Source: Bigelowiella natans CCMP2755 | Lineage: Eukaryota; Protista; Cercozoa | Assembly (NCBI GenBank): GCA_000320545.1 | Contig: ADNK01003260.1 | Span: forward strand, 1 to 54,237 | Length of the DNA stretch: 54,237 nt | Reading direction: 5' to 3' | In this document: piece after piece, positions 12,479-26,322 of the stretch | How the letters are laid out: each line of letters opens with the position of its first letter | Position numbering within the stretch: position 1 is the stretch's first letter | The notes under the pieces: generated by a model | What the model saw: the letters and a program-made list of their open reading frames with translations, nothing else | Databases searched by the model: none | Told to the model about the DNA's origin: nothing | Program-made: the position numbers and the translations under genes

Positions 12479-14902
12479 TAACAACAGTAGTAGTAGTAGT
12501 AGTAGTTGTTGTTGTTGTTGAAGAAGAAGAAGAAGGAGGAGGAGGAGGAGGAGGAGGGGGAGGAGCTGTGTGATGATTATGATGATTCTCCAAGGACATC
12601 CAGGAGCACGCGCAGGGGGATAAGAAAACGTTGGACGCACATCAACTGCGACGTCTCCACATGATTTTGAAGCCGTTTATGCTGCGGCGTGTGAAGAAGG
12701 ACGTGGAGCACGAGATGGCGCCAAAGATCGAAGTCCAGGTGAATTGCCCTCTGAGCCTCCGACAGCGCAAACTCTATAGCGGGCTGAAGAACAAGCTGAA
12801 GCGCAAGGGCCTTCTTTCCGCTACGACGGAGGGCCTCATGAACATCGTCATGCAGTTCCGAAAGGTGTGCAACCACCCGGAGATGTACCAGCGCCGCGCA
12901 GTCGAGGAACCGTTCTTCTTCGTCGCCCCGCAGTCCTTCCTCCACAAATACGACTTCCAGCGGTTGGTCATCCAGCCAGAGGGGTAAGTAGCAGCAGTAG
13001 TGGCAGTAGAGGATTGGTGTCGCACTATGGTCTTTCTCGCTGCTTTCTGCTTGCAAAGCATCGAAGGGCAGGGAGAGAGGGAGGGCGGGCGGGAGGGTGG
13101 TGGGGGGGCAGATCAGGCGAGTGCAAGGCGGTGATAACATAACTAATTCATCACCAAATAGCAGCTTTTGAAGCGTGTTTCCCCCAAATAGGTACAAATT
13201 CGGGGCAAACCCTCTCTCATTTAGCTGGCCCAGGCTAATCGCGAACGCAGCGCCCGCGCTCCGCCGCTGCCGCGCCCCCGCCGTCTTCAGCATCTTCCAC
13301 GCGCACTACATCTACACCTCCGCTATGTGCAGCGACGAACGGGGATGTAATAGCTTCGTCAAAGGGATAGGGAAGGGAATGAACCAGGAGGACAACAATA
13401 GAGCAGCAGCAGCAGCCTCATCCTCACGTTGCTCCTCCTCCTGCTTCGCGTTCCTTCGGTTTATCGATCTGACGGCGGCAGAGTGCGCTTATATAGCAGG
13501 CGTGGACAGTGTTCACCAGTGGATAGTAGCCGCCATATCAGAGAGAAGGCGCGCCGAAGATCTCCATCACGTCCTCACATTCTCCTCCGTCGGGGAGGGG
13601 GGGGGGGGGGATAGTAGTAGTAGTAGCAGCAGTAGTAGCGGAAGCAAGAAGAGAAACAGAGCGACGGATCAGCAGCAACATGGTTATCGCGAGCAGACGC
13701 GGCCCCCCCTTCCAGACTTGACCAGGAGAGCTTTGGTGTCGCGGTCTTTATTCCTCGTCGCCAAGCTGAGAATGGTGTCACTCTCCAGTTTCACCACTAG
13801 GCGCTTTCCCCCACATATTAGCCTCCCTAAAGAAGGGACGACGACCGGGGGTGGGGACGGAGAAGGGAGCAGCCAGCCTAACCCCTCTGCCCCTTCACTC
13901 GTACCGCAGCCAATTGCAGCAGCAGGGGGAGGAGGAGGAGGAGGAGAGATGCTGCCACCGTTAATGCTCACCCATGCGGGACGACTGCAAGGCATCGTGC
14001 AAATGCTTCTCCAGATGCTATGCTGCTTTGAGCGTGCTGCCGCACCCCCGATTGTACCCGTAGTCGCCGGGCTGCCGCAGCAGCGTTGGTCGGAGCGAGT
14101 CCTCAAGAAGCACTCCATGGCCAAGAGAATGCTGCTTGGAGGATGGCCGAACCTGCTCGTTGGGGGCGACGGGGGAGGGAGCGTCGCGCCGGGTAAGCTA
14201 TGGCATGGCAAGGCATTGCATCGCATGCAGGAGAGAGAGAAGGGGGGGGGGGGGGGGAGCAAGGGAAAAAAAAAAATGGGAGAGAGACGACGACTGAGCA
14301 GCTACACCACCACCTCCCCCAAACGTACCTCTTCTTCTACTCACACGACTCATCTAAATGCTGAATTCTTCTGATGTCTCATCATATGTTATGCATATAC
14401 TTCTCTTCCTCCTCTCCCTTCTTCCCCAAATGCGTGCTCGCATCAATACACACAGGCACACAAGCGTTCTCCCCGTCGTCGTACTGCCTTGCTTCGCCCT
14501 CCTCCTCCCCCTCCTCCTCGGCAGCTATGCAAATACCGTTCTCTTTCGGGATATCTCTTGATCGAGAGGGGCTGCCTTCTTACTCACGCCGCTTCTGCTT
14601 GATCCCCCCCGTGCATTTGAACGATCTCTGCCTCACCACGCCCTCTCGCCCGGTGTGGGAGGCACTGGGGTCTAGCACCGGCAATGTCATGGTCCCTTCC
14701 ATACGAAGACTCCTCGTCGATTCTGGAAAGCTCAGTACGCTGGACGCGCTGCTCAGACGGTGGGAGAACGACGGGAGGAAAACCAAGCGAGGAAGAAAAA
14801 GAAGAAGAAGAAGAAGAAGAAGAGGGGCACGAATGATTTTTATGTTGATGATGTCAGCTGTAGAATGTGTACATAGTACACACGCGCACACACGTTCATG
14901 TG

Positions 14903-14968
<66 letters not shown>

Positions 14969-16046
14969 ATGCGTGCTGTGGTCGATTCACTCCCTTCCCT
15001 CCCCCTCCTTCATAACAGGCTGCGCGCCGAGCAACACCGAGTCCTGATCTTCTCGCAAATGACGAAGATGATCGACATTCTGGAGGACTTCATGCGCTTC
15101 CGAAAGATCAAATTCTTCCGCCTAGACGGCCAAACGTCGCTGGCCGCCCGGCGAGACATGGTAAGCGAGTTCCAAACCAACCCGGAGTACTTCGTCTTCC
15201 TGCTCAGCACGCGAGCAGGCGGCCTTGGGATCAATCTCACCTCGGCGGATACGGTGATCTTCTATGACAACGATTGGAACCCGACGATGGACGCGCAAGC
15301 CATGGATCGTGTGCATCGCATTGGCCAGACGAAACAGGTGAAAGAATAGAGGAAAGGAGAGGGGGAGGGGGGAGGTGAGGAGGTGAGGGGGTCTTGCTCC
15401 CCCGCCCTTCATCGTTTTTGATGTTTTCATCCGAGAGAGGAGAAGGAAAAGGCGCATTCATCAACACACGTGAGCTACCTATATCCCAGAGTGCGGGGCA
15501 CTGCGACATGCTTGCACGCACGCTCCCACTCAGCAAATTCACCACCACGTACAAAAATGTTAGGTGACGATCTACAGGCTCGTGTGCAAGAACACGGTGG
15601 AGGAGCGCATCCTCAAGCGCGCGCAGATCAAAGACACGATCCAGAAGACCGTTTACTCCGGGGAATTCAAGATGCAAAAGAAGAAGCACAAGACGGGTAA
15701 GGGGAGGACAGGGGGCAAAACGCAGAAGCAACAGAAGCAAAGGCGGCAGCAAAATGAGGATGACGATGAAGACGATGAGGCAGTTGCAGCAGCGGCAAGT
15801 ACGGGTTCCATCTTCAGGGCCAATGAGTTGCGAGAATTAGTTCTTTCTGATGAAGAGGATGAGGGAAAGGAAATCAGTGCGGTGACAGTGAAGGACGGAG
15901 ATTCCATGAGGGACATGAGGGGGGGTGGAGAAACAGCGAAAGCAAAACAGCATCCACAATCAGCAGCAGAAACTACCGCATCATCAAAAGGGACAGCGAC
16001 AATGGCTCAGGAGCCAAATAGGAAGAGACCGAGGATCGGTTTGTAG
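8796..16046 (+). CDS. INO80: INO80 chromatin-remodelling ATPase
   Basis: About 12 exons. It has a DBINO/HSA-type region ([12 protein letters not shown]...[23 protein letters not shown]), SNF2 motifs ([45 protein letters not shown]), the long split-ATPase insertion, and a helicase C domain ([46 protein letters not shown]|VTIYRL). The 5' exons (8796-9011, 9159-9242, 9332-9359, 9583-9662) splice in frame but are less certain. Confidence 0.95.
12439..12585. repeat. Compound trinucleotide tract (GCA)n(GTA)n(GTT)n(GAA)n(GGA)n(GAT)n in an INO80 intron
   Basis: Directly visible and makes up almost the whole intron. Confidence 0.9.
14906..14968. repeat. (TA)n(TG)n compound microsatellite in an INO80 intron
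   Basis: Directly visible. Confidence 0.95.
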
Positions 16047-16932
16047 CATATCTAGATTTTCAGCAGACGCATAATGAAGTCTAAAAGCGCTGTATTTCTC
16101 CATTCCTTTTACTACAAACAATGCATGCAGAGATACAAAGTGTGAATGCATGCGTGATTGAGATTCATGCTATGGCGACATTATGGCTCTCTAGGTAGCT
16201 GTGTTTTAGATGCTAGATGTCTATATGTCCGGCATCGTATACATCACGTTGCCAGCATTTGTACCTCACACATCTAGATATCTAGATATGTAGACACATC
16301 TAGCTATACTGCAGCGTCTAGATATCATCGATGTGCGAGACGGAACTGCAATGAAATTATTATCTTTTTGATTGTCATGCGCTTTCTAGCTTTGCTAGAT
16401 TGTATGCATATGACTATTGCTAGCTCAGAGCTAGCTTGTAGGTAGGTAGGCGTGCTGCGTGCGCGTGTATGTCGTACGCGCGTAGCTACGTGCCTAGCTA
16501 GCTAGCTAGACGGCCGTGCTAGCGTGTCTATAGCGGTAGCTAAACCAGTAAAAGCTGTGCGTATCGTAGTCATAGCTTGCATGGCAAGACCACTACTCGA
16601 TCTAGCACTGCTGGCAAAGCTATTTTTTGCGCTACGCTACGGGATATAATAACATGACGTCATATAACGACGATGCAGCGCATATACGTAACTAGCCAAG
16701 CTATAAAGCTAGCATGTGCATCCCAAGACTATGACTCCGCTAGCATAGTCCGCCGTTTTCACGTCACACCGCGATGAGCTACACTAGCTAGCTACTACGT
16801 GACATGACTAGCTAGATGAGCTAGATACGATAATAAGGCCACTACGTACGCTCAGCGCCGCTCTCTCTCTGGGTGCAACACCAGAACGAGTAGATATGAC
16901 ATCTATAGAAAACCGGCTAGTCTCCCTCTCCC

Positions 16933-16984
<52 letters not shown>

Positions 16985-17226
16985 ACACATCTAGTCGGTC
17001 TATCGGTGCAAGGTAACCGACTAATTTCATCTAGATATGTGCAACAAACAGTACTATTTTTTCGGTACACCTGTGTTAACTTACAATGCAATAGCACGCT
17101 GACATCATTACATTCATTCCTTTTTTTTGCGTGCCCCGACCTATGATCATTGGACTGAGGTGTATGGCGAATGAGCGTGCCGCGAGTAAAAAAATCATGC
17201 TTGCTATGAAATCCCTACTTTTTATT

Positions 17227-19412
17227 CTAATCTTCTTCCATTTTCTGTTGTGTCTTCCATTTCCGAGCCATCTCGAGAAGTTTGAAATTGGTTTGCTGCT
17301 TTTGGTCTTCATCCGGAAAGATGTAGTCGTAGTACTCCTCCCAGTATGCATCCGAGCCATCCTCCGCCTTGATAAGTCGCTTGTTCCTGACGCGACGTGG
17401 CAGCATATCCTTGACTTTCTGCACGGTCTTATTGGAACCGCGATTTGTCTCGAATTCCAGCCATGTTTCAACCAGCATGACACGTTCTTCCTTGAGGGAT
17501 GCTGCCGAGTCGTCCTCGCTGCCGCTCTTGAAGTAATCATTCGCTTCCTCGAACACGCCCCTGGCTCGTTTGATGTCGTTGATCGAGGTTTCAAATTGGG
17601 CAAAGCTAATCCATACACGCACATGTTTGGTGCGCTTGAGCAGCCTCCGATAGAGCTCGCGGACCCTGTCAAACTGCTTCAGTCTGATTTCAAAGTCTAT
17701 GTACGCTTTCCACAGCATCTCAGGCATGTCTAAGACTTCTTGGTTGACCGCCATCTCAAATATAGCTCGAGCACGCTCGCTCTCTTGGAGTGTTCCTTCC
17801 AGCTCTCCGTACTTTTTCCAAGCTTGGCAGTTCTCCGGCATGAACTCGAGGTACTTCTCGTAGATTTTGCGGCATCTGTCTATCTCAGCCAGCCTAAACT
17901 CAAGTTCTATGTAGCCCTTGAAAAGCTTTTCCTTCGGACACTTGCCCAGCGCGGTGCCTAATAGCTGCCGTGCTGCTTTCAAGTCGCGCTGCCGCACCTC
18001 GAATCGCGCGGCCATGAGCCACACTTTTGCGAAAGTGAATACTTTGTGCGGTATGTTCTGAAGACAGGCGCGCCACACCATTCGGGCGCGCTCGACGTCC
18101 TTCGCATCCAGCTCCTCAAATACAGCGTAGTTGATCCACAGGAATACATACCTTTTCCAAAATCGTTTTTCTTGCACAGGGGGCTTATTCGAGATTGCAC
18201 GCTCATAGACCTCTCTGATACGATCCTTCTTCCCTTTGGCTTCCTCTAAACGAATGTAGTCGAACCATGCGTCATAGTTCAGTGGGTTGTCCCTTATCTC
18301 TTCTTCGTACTGAAATCTTCTCTTACTTAAGATCACGTCCTCTACCGTTTCCCGTGTTCCATGTTTCTTCTCGAAAGCACTGTACATCTCATATAACCGC
18401 TTCGCTTCCTCTTTCGGTACGTTGTCGAGAGCGTATTTGTAAATCACGCGAGCGCGATCAAATTCCTTGCACGCCTCTTCGAATTTTGCGAAAGCAACGA
18501 ATAGTTCCTCTCTGTGAGCATCTTCCCCTAATTCTTTCAGAGCTCGTTCGTACACCAATCTACCATACTCCTTCTTACCATGCTTGACCTCAAATTTGGC
18601 AAACTTTAAATACGTCTCCAGCTCATTATGGGTTATCAGCATTCTCTCATAGACAGAGCGTGCTCTGGGGATGTTTCGTCGTCGCACTTCGAATTTTATG
18701 TACGTGTTCCAAGCATTTGGACCCGGAGCCCATTTCATCCATCGCTCGAAAATTTGACGCGCACCGGCGACGTTTCCCAGCATCTCCTCCATGTACGAAA
18801 ATTTATACCAAAATTGATCCACGCGAGGCAATAGTGTGACTGCACGGTCCCATACGTTTCGGGCATGATTAACAAAGCGGTTTTTCATCTCCATTTCTGC
18901 GTATTTGAGCCAGATGCTCTGATTCTTGTAGTCAACATCTATTGCCCTCTCGAAAACAGACCTAGCACGTTCGAACTCCTTTTGTGAAGCTTCCCACAGA
19001 GCATACTGTGCCCATACGCCCATGTTTGTACGTGATCGTCGGATCGTGTCCTCATATTCTTTACGTTTCTGAAGCCGCAATTCGGCCAGTTCTTGATGAT
19101 CCGTGATGACCCGCTTCGGTGGCCTGAAAGTTTGGTCCGCTCCACCACGCTCCATGGACTCGCGGAGCATTTGCTCCGCGGTAATTTGACGATCCGCAGC
19201 GGATTTGTTCTTGACCACCGTCTTCCTCCCTCCAATCTGTCGGCCAAGAACTGCAATACAATACATCGGGTTACACGATTTCACCTTTATTGCAACTATG
19301 GTAGGAGATACGGGGTGCGTGTGGCGGCACATGACATCATGACCCACAGATAACTCAAAAATGCTTTCCCAAACAAACACTTACCATTGTCCCCATCGCC
19401 GTCTGCACTCAT
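17227..19412 (-). CDS. CRNKL1: Crooked neck / Clf1 / Syf3 HAT-repeat pre-mRNA splicing factor
   Basis: Exon 19412-19385 (MSADGDGDN), a GT-AG intron at 19384-19251, then exon 19250-17227. Motifs include VKNKSAADRQITAEQMLRE, ERARSVFERA, NHARNVWDRAVTLLPRVDQFWYK, NPLNYDAWFDY and WEEYYDYIFP. Confidence 0.97.
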
Positions 19413-20154
19413 CTTTCTTTTAGGGTCCAGGCGCAGTGCAAGCTCCTCGCCCCAAGTGGTGGTAATCCGTTTCAGCCTTTTATTGAAAGATAGTTTTCTA
19501 CCTTATGAGCAAAAACTATGTATAATCAGATATCGCGACAAAGATTCGTGCGCTGTTGAACACTGTCCAGAGAAATATAGCAGATCCGCGAAACATTCAA
19601 TAATCTGAATATTAAACCTTTCAGTCCCCTATCGAGCCGATAAGAAGGTTTTCTATAGAGGAATGTAGTTTAATTTAATACTAAAATAATTATTAAGGTT
19701 GTCTCTTACTTTTTTATCTCTGCATTCCATCCCGAATTGATTCTTTCTACAACTGAATCCTTTTTGCGTGAAGGTTATCCACTCAAAAGGCGGCAAAATG
19801 CTCGGTCACAGCTCAATAATTGAATAATTGTGCTGCCATTTTCTACTTCAATTTCATCGAGCATTTTACATGACCGACATGCATTTGTAAACGTTTCGTA
19901 TGCTCGATTTTCTCACTCCTGTAAAAATTCTCGTATTTTGCTGGAGTTTTCAATCAAATTTGAGGTTGAAGGGATCATTAGTGTACGTCCTTAAAATTCA
20001 TAAATAGATGATATTTATATATTAAAATAAGTAATTATGTTGACGCTTTATTATAATTACTGATTTCTATTGCGCGAGAAATCAGAAAAACGGTGCACGT
20101 ATTTTGGTTCTTGATCTGTTGACGTAAACCAGAATTGTCATATGTTTTAAATAA

Positions 20155-20171
20155 TTTGGCGCATTTGGCGC
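20155..20171 (+). promoter_or_regulatory. Two tandem E2F-consensus sites (TTTGGCGC) upstream of RUVBL2
   Basis: TTTGGCGC occurs at 20155-20162 and 20164-20171, about 25 bp before the ATG. Both match the TTTSSCGC consensus, and function is inferred. Confidence 0.4.
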
Positions 20172-20196
20172 CAGAACTCAAAAAGCTATTTCCACC

Positions 20197-22178
<1,982 letters not shown>

Positions 22179-23179
22179 GGTGTGACGACCGAGTACTGTG
22201 GTTGGTGTGCAGATCCAAGTCGAAAAGATTAAACAAAGAACATAGTCAAAATTCGTGGTGTAGGCATACCGTCTATCATGTTATCTGAAATGTACGCGGT
22301 GCAGCTTGCTATGAATTATCTCGCCATTCGTTACCCATGCCATCAAGCGCTCGGTTTTCCGCAGCAGCAGACATACTATCTAGCTATGTGGAACACATCA
22401 TCATATGTACGATACCGTGTACAGTGGTTGGTTTATACATTTATTAGCGCACAACAATGAACGTTTTATTAATAATTTGATTCGCGTGCTGCCATGCTAG
22501 CTAGCTAGCATGTGCGCGCTCTAGCGCTATCAATCACTGGTAGTGTGGATTGGGACTGGCGTAGATAATATTGCACGCATTGGACCGCGCACGCACACGA
22601 ATAGCCGTGTGGCTAGATATTTACATAGTGTCTACATGCAAAGCTAGCAAGCTAGCTGGAATGGCCATTCTAGCATTTTAGCATTGCAAAAAAATACAAT
22701 TGTATTCCACATTGCGTGCATTCGCGTCCTATCTACCTAGCTACCTAGCTAGCTAGCTATACAATACACTTGTAATCTTTCTATATGCCGCAATTGTACT
22801 CATTAAGAAGCGCGCGTACATGCTAGCATGTTTAGCAGACTAGCAGATCCATGACATGTCAGCCTCATACATGCTAGCATGTAGCGTCCACGGCATGTAG
22901 TTCGTCACAGCTAGACAGCTAGCACAGCACACAGCATACGCTCACACGCTAGGGCGGCTCGCATTGTGACCAGCATCGATCGCAATCTGTAATGTGGTCA
23001 GCACCATACGCTCGCAGGCTAATTTTGCTTCATGTAGTACACAAAGGAGCATCTCTGATGGTAGGCGTACGTGTGGCCTAGTCCGCTGTCATCGCATTGC
23101 TTCCAATTTTGTTGTCGCTCCATATAGGTTACACCACATGCACGCCTGTCAGCTGTTGATGGCTAAAATTACACACACA

Positions 23180-23213
<34 letters not shown>

Positions 23214-23360
23214 CATGCACACACATCTGGTAACAGATTACATGGTTCCCCTTCACATGATGCACAACTCCAGAACTAGCTGCAGAGATCGAGTCACATT
23301 GCGAGAAGAGCCTGTAGATGTAGCTTTGCCTCTTGGCGGTCGTCGCTAGCACTAGAAGAG

Positions 23361-26291
23361 CTAACCAAGTGGTGTAAGGAAAGCCGAACTCGACATTGTT
23401 GCCTCTATGTCCTCACTGACCAGCATAGCCACAACCTTGTCCATATCGCCATTAAATTCATTCAAAAGTTTTAATAAGTTGAGTCTTGTATTCTTAAATC
23501 CCATCTCTCTCAGTTCCTTCAGCTGTGCTGTAAACACCCGCACCCCGCGTCTTTCGGCAATTTTCCGCCGTCGCCGTGTGCTTTGATCCGTCCTAGACGA
23601 CTCTAGGTTGCAAGAGATTTGATTGGGTTGATTTTTGGTATCGGAATCTGTCTTCCCAGACTTGCCTCTATCATCATCATCATCACCACCATCTGTAACC
23701 TCTTTCTTCTCAGGCTGAGATATAGCAGCCTTCCTTGTAGGCGCAGTAGTAGTAGTAGTAGTAGTAGTAGCAGCAGCAGTAGTAATATCGACATTCTTTG
23801 GTGCTACGCCGTTAGAGGACGGGGGGGCATTCGGAGATGAAAGCATGGTCATTGCCGGGGAGAGAGTGGTAGAGGTCACCGAATCGGACGCATTGTCGAT
23901 TCTTTTAGCGTCGTGTTGCTGTTGCTGTTGTTGCGAGGAGGAGGAGGAGGAGGAGGAGGAGGAGGAGGAGGACGCGGTGAATGGGTGCAGATAGTCCCCG
24001 TTTTTTGCGTTTTTCTTCTTTTCCTTCCCCGCTATCGTAACCTTGGCGGTACTACTTACAGCAGCAGCAGCAGCAGCAGCAGCAGGCTCTTTATCAAGCA
24101 GGGGACTCGTCTTCCTCCTCTTCTCCTTCTGTATCGTAGCTCCAGCACCAGCACTTTCTGCTGCTGCTGCTCCATTCGACCTCTCGCTCACTTTTTCTTC
24201 CGCGGTGCCACCTACTCCTTCCCCAGATTCGCCGGTATTATTACCATCGTCATTGCCGCCGTGTATCTGGTGCTCACGCTTCCTCTTAGCGTTTCTTTCG
24301 GCCAGGTTAGAAGCTGCACCCTTTGTTTCGAGGTTGCTATTGACTCCCAAACCGATAGGATTGTGCTCCTGCTGCTGCTCCTGCCGCTGGCTTCCTTCCG
24401 CTGCTGTTGCTGCTGCAGCGACTGAGGGGGGGGGCGCTGTTTTCTTTTCCTTAAAAACTGCTGCACGAGATGACGCGGAACTCCCTTCGACTCGTTCCCC
24501 AGGAGGATATAGAAGATTTTTATATATCCCTCTTGAATTGCTTACGGCTGCTGCTGCTGCTGCTGCTGTTGCTGCTACCGATGCTACTGTTGTAGGAGGT
24601 GATGAAGATGGAACAGAAGACGAAGAAGAAACAGAAGAGAGATTGTGCGTTTTTGCATGCTGTGCTTGTTGCTGCATCTCTCTCAATTTCCTGCTCTCCA
24701 AAGCTATTCGATTCAATTGGCGCTGTTTCTCTCGCTGCTCCATCAGATATTTTTGGTGTCTTTGGATTTCCAATTGCTTCTTGTTCTGGAGTTTAATTTT
24801 GATATTCCTCAGCCATTCCATATACCTATACGCAACAAAGTCAAGAAATGCTGTGGCGGAAGGACAACTGAAAAACCGGCATCGGTTCACTACTAATGAC
24901 GTACACGGGGCAATTTGCTCGGTGTCTGTCTCTCTAATAGCATCTTCACCACCCCCGGGCACTTCCCGTCGTTTCCAAATTTTATTCATTGTGGGCAGCA
25001 GTGCCCGTCTTTCCCTCCTCCCTCCTCGCTAGCTAACGATTGAAACTTACTGGTGTAACTGTTTGTTGCAGTCCTGGATATGTCTCCATCTCCCATTCAA
25101 ATATTCACTCAATTGTGACAGCTGTGTTGGATTTAGGGGCTGCTGTTTCAGGACCTCAAGTTGCTGCTCCATCCCTTGCAGTTCCACCTCGAACCGCTGG
25201 CTGTAATATGTTGCTTGATTGAACCCGTCACTAAAGTTTTTACAGAGTTGACGATCGTTTAAGGATGTCATCTGCCTCATCTGCCTCACTATTTCTTTTT
25301 CTACTTCTTTTCTAATTTGCCACAATTCTCTGAAATTCTTGGCCTTAATTTCTTGGAAGACTTTTAAATAGTTAAGCGAATCTGTGTAATACTTCCAGGG
25401 AATGGAAGGCACTCGACTCCGTTCCTGCCGAATCGAAAATCAACAGGTTTCATTCTCATAAATGAAAGAAGAAAGACAGTAAAAGGCGTAGTGGTTCATA
25501 AGGTGAAAAAGCTGTTGTAATTACGTGATTTGTTCTAGTCTTTGCGTCGTCGCCATCAGAAATGTATTCTTCGTCATCATCTTCGGTATTTGGGTCGATA
25601 TCTTCATCGGCATCGCTGCCCCCAGTATCGCTTTCATCAGGTTGATCAATCTCTTTCAACGCATTTAGGTCGATGTCAGCAGGATCAAAGCCTGCCTTAC
25701 GCGGCTGTTTCTTACGGACATTGTTGAAAAGTGAAGGGAACGACGACGGCAACCAAAATAAAGAAGAAAAATCACGACAACAACAATGACAACAGTAACA
25801 ACAAAGTTTAAAAATAAAAGGAGATTAACTCTAATGAGAGCCACCACCAGCCAAGTTGTACTATGACTATAACTAGACAGCAGTAGTGGAGGCGTTTCCA
25901 AGAGGCAGCAGCAGTGGCAACTTGGAGTCGATTTCGTCGATATGATATGATGTAGTCTTGTTTCAAAATATATGTTATTTGAATATTTCACCATCATCCT
26001 TCTACTGCATCATCCCGCGCTATCATCATCATCACCACCATCACCACCACCACCATCATCATCATCGTCATCATCAACTCACAACCTTTTTTTTTTTTCT
26101 GTTCTCTTTCTCTTCAGGCTTATTCTCTTGGATGAATTTCTGGTACTCGTTCTTGTTTTCCTCGATCACCTAGCAAGCCGTGGAGGAGGAGGGGGGGCGA
26201 GGAGGAGGAGGAGGAGGAGGAGGAGGGAGAGTCGGTTCTCACTAAGTGATGGAGGTGATGAAGCCGGTGATACAGCAGAACGACAGCAGAA

Positions 26292-26322
<31 letters not shown>

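Noticed and set aside
24043-25032. Long antisense ORFs (also 17131-17733, 1311-1820, 39101-39706)
   Set aside because: These are shadows of real genes on the opposite strand or low-complexity repeats, with no recognisable motifs.
23361-25752. Independent UBA-domain gene
   Set aside because: It splices in frame to the upstream SNF2-PHD exons and has no obvious separate start, so it is treated as one gene.
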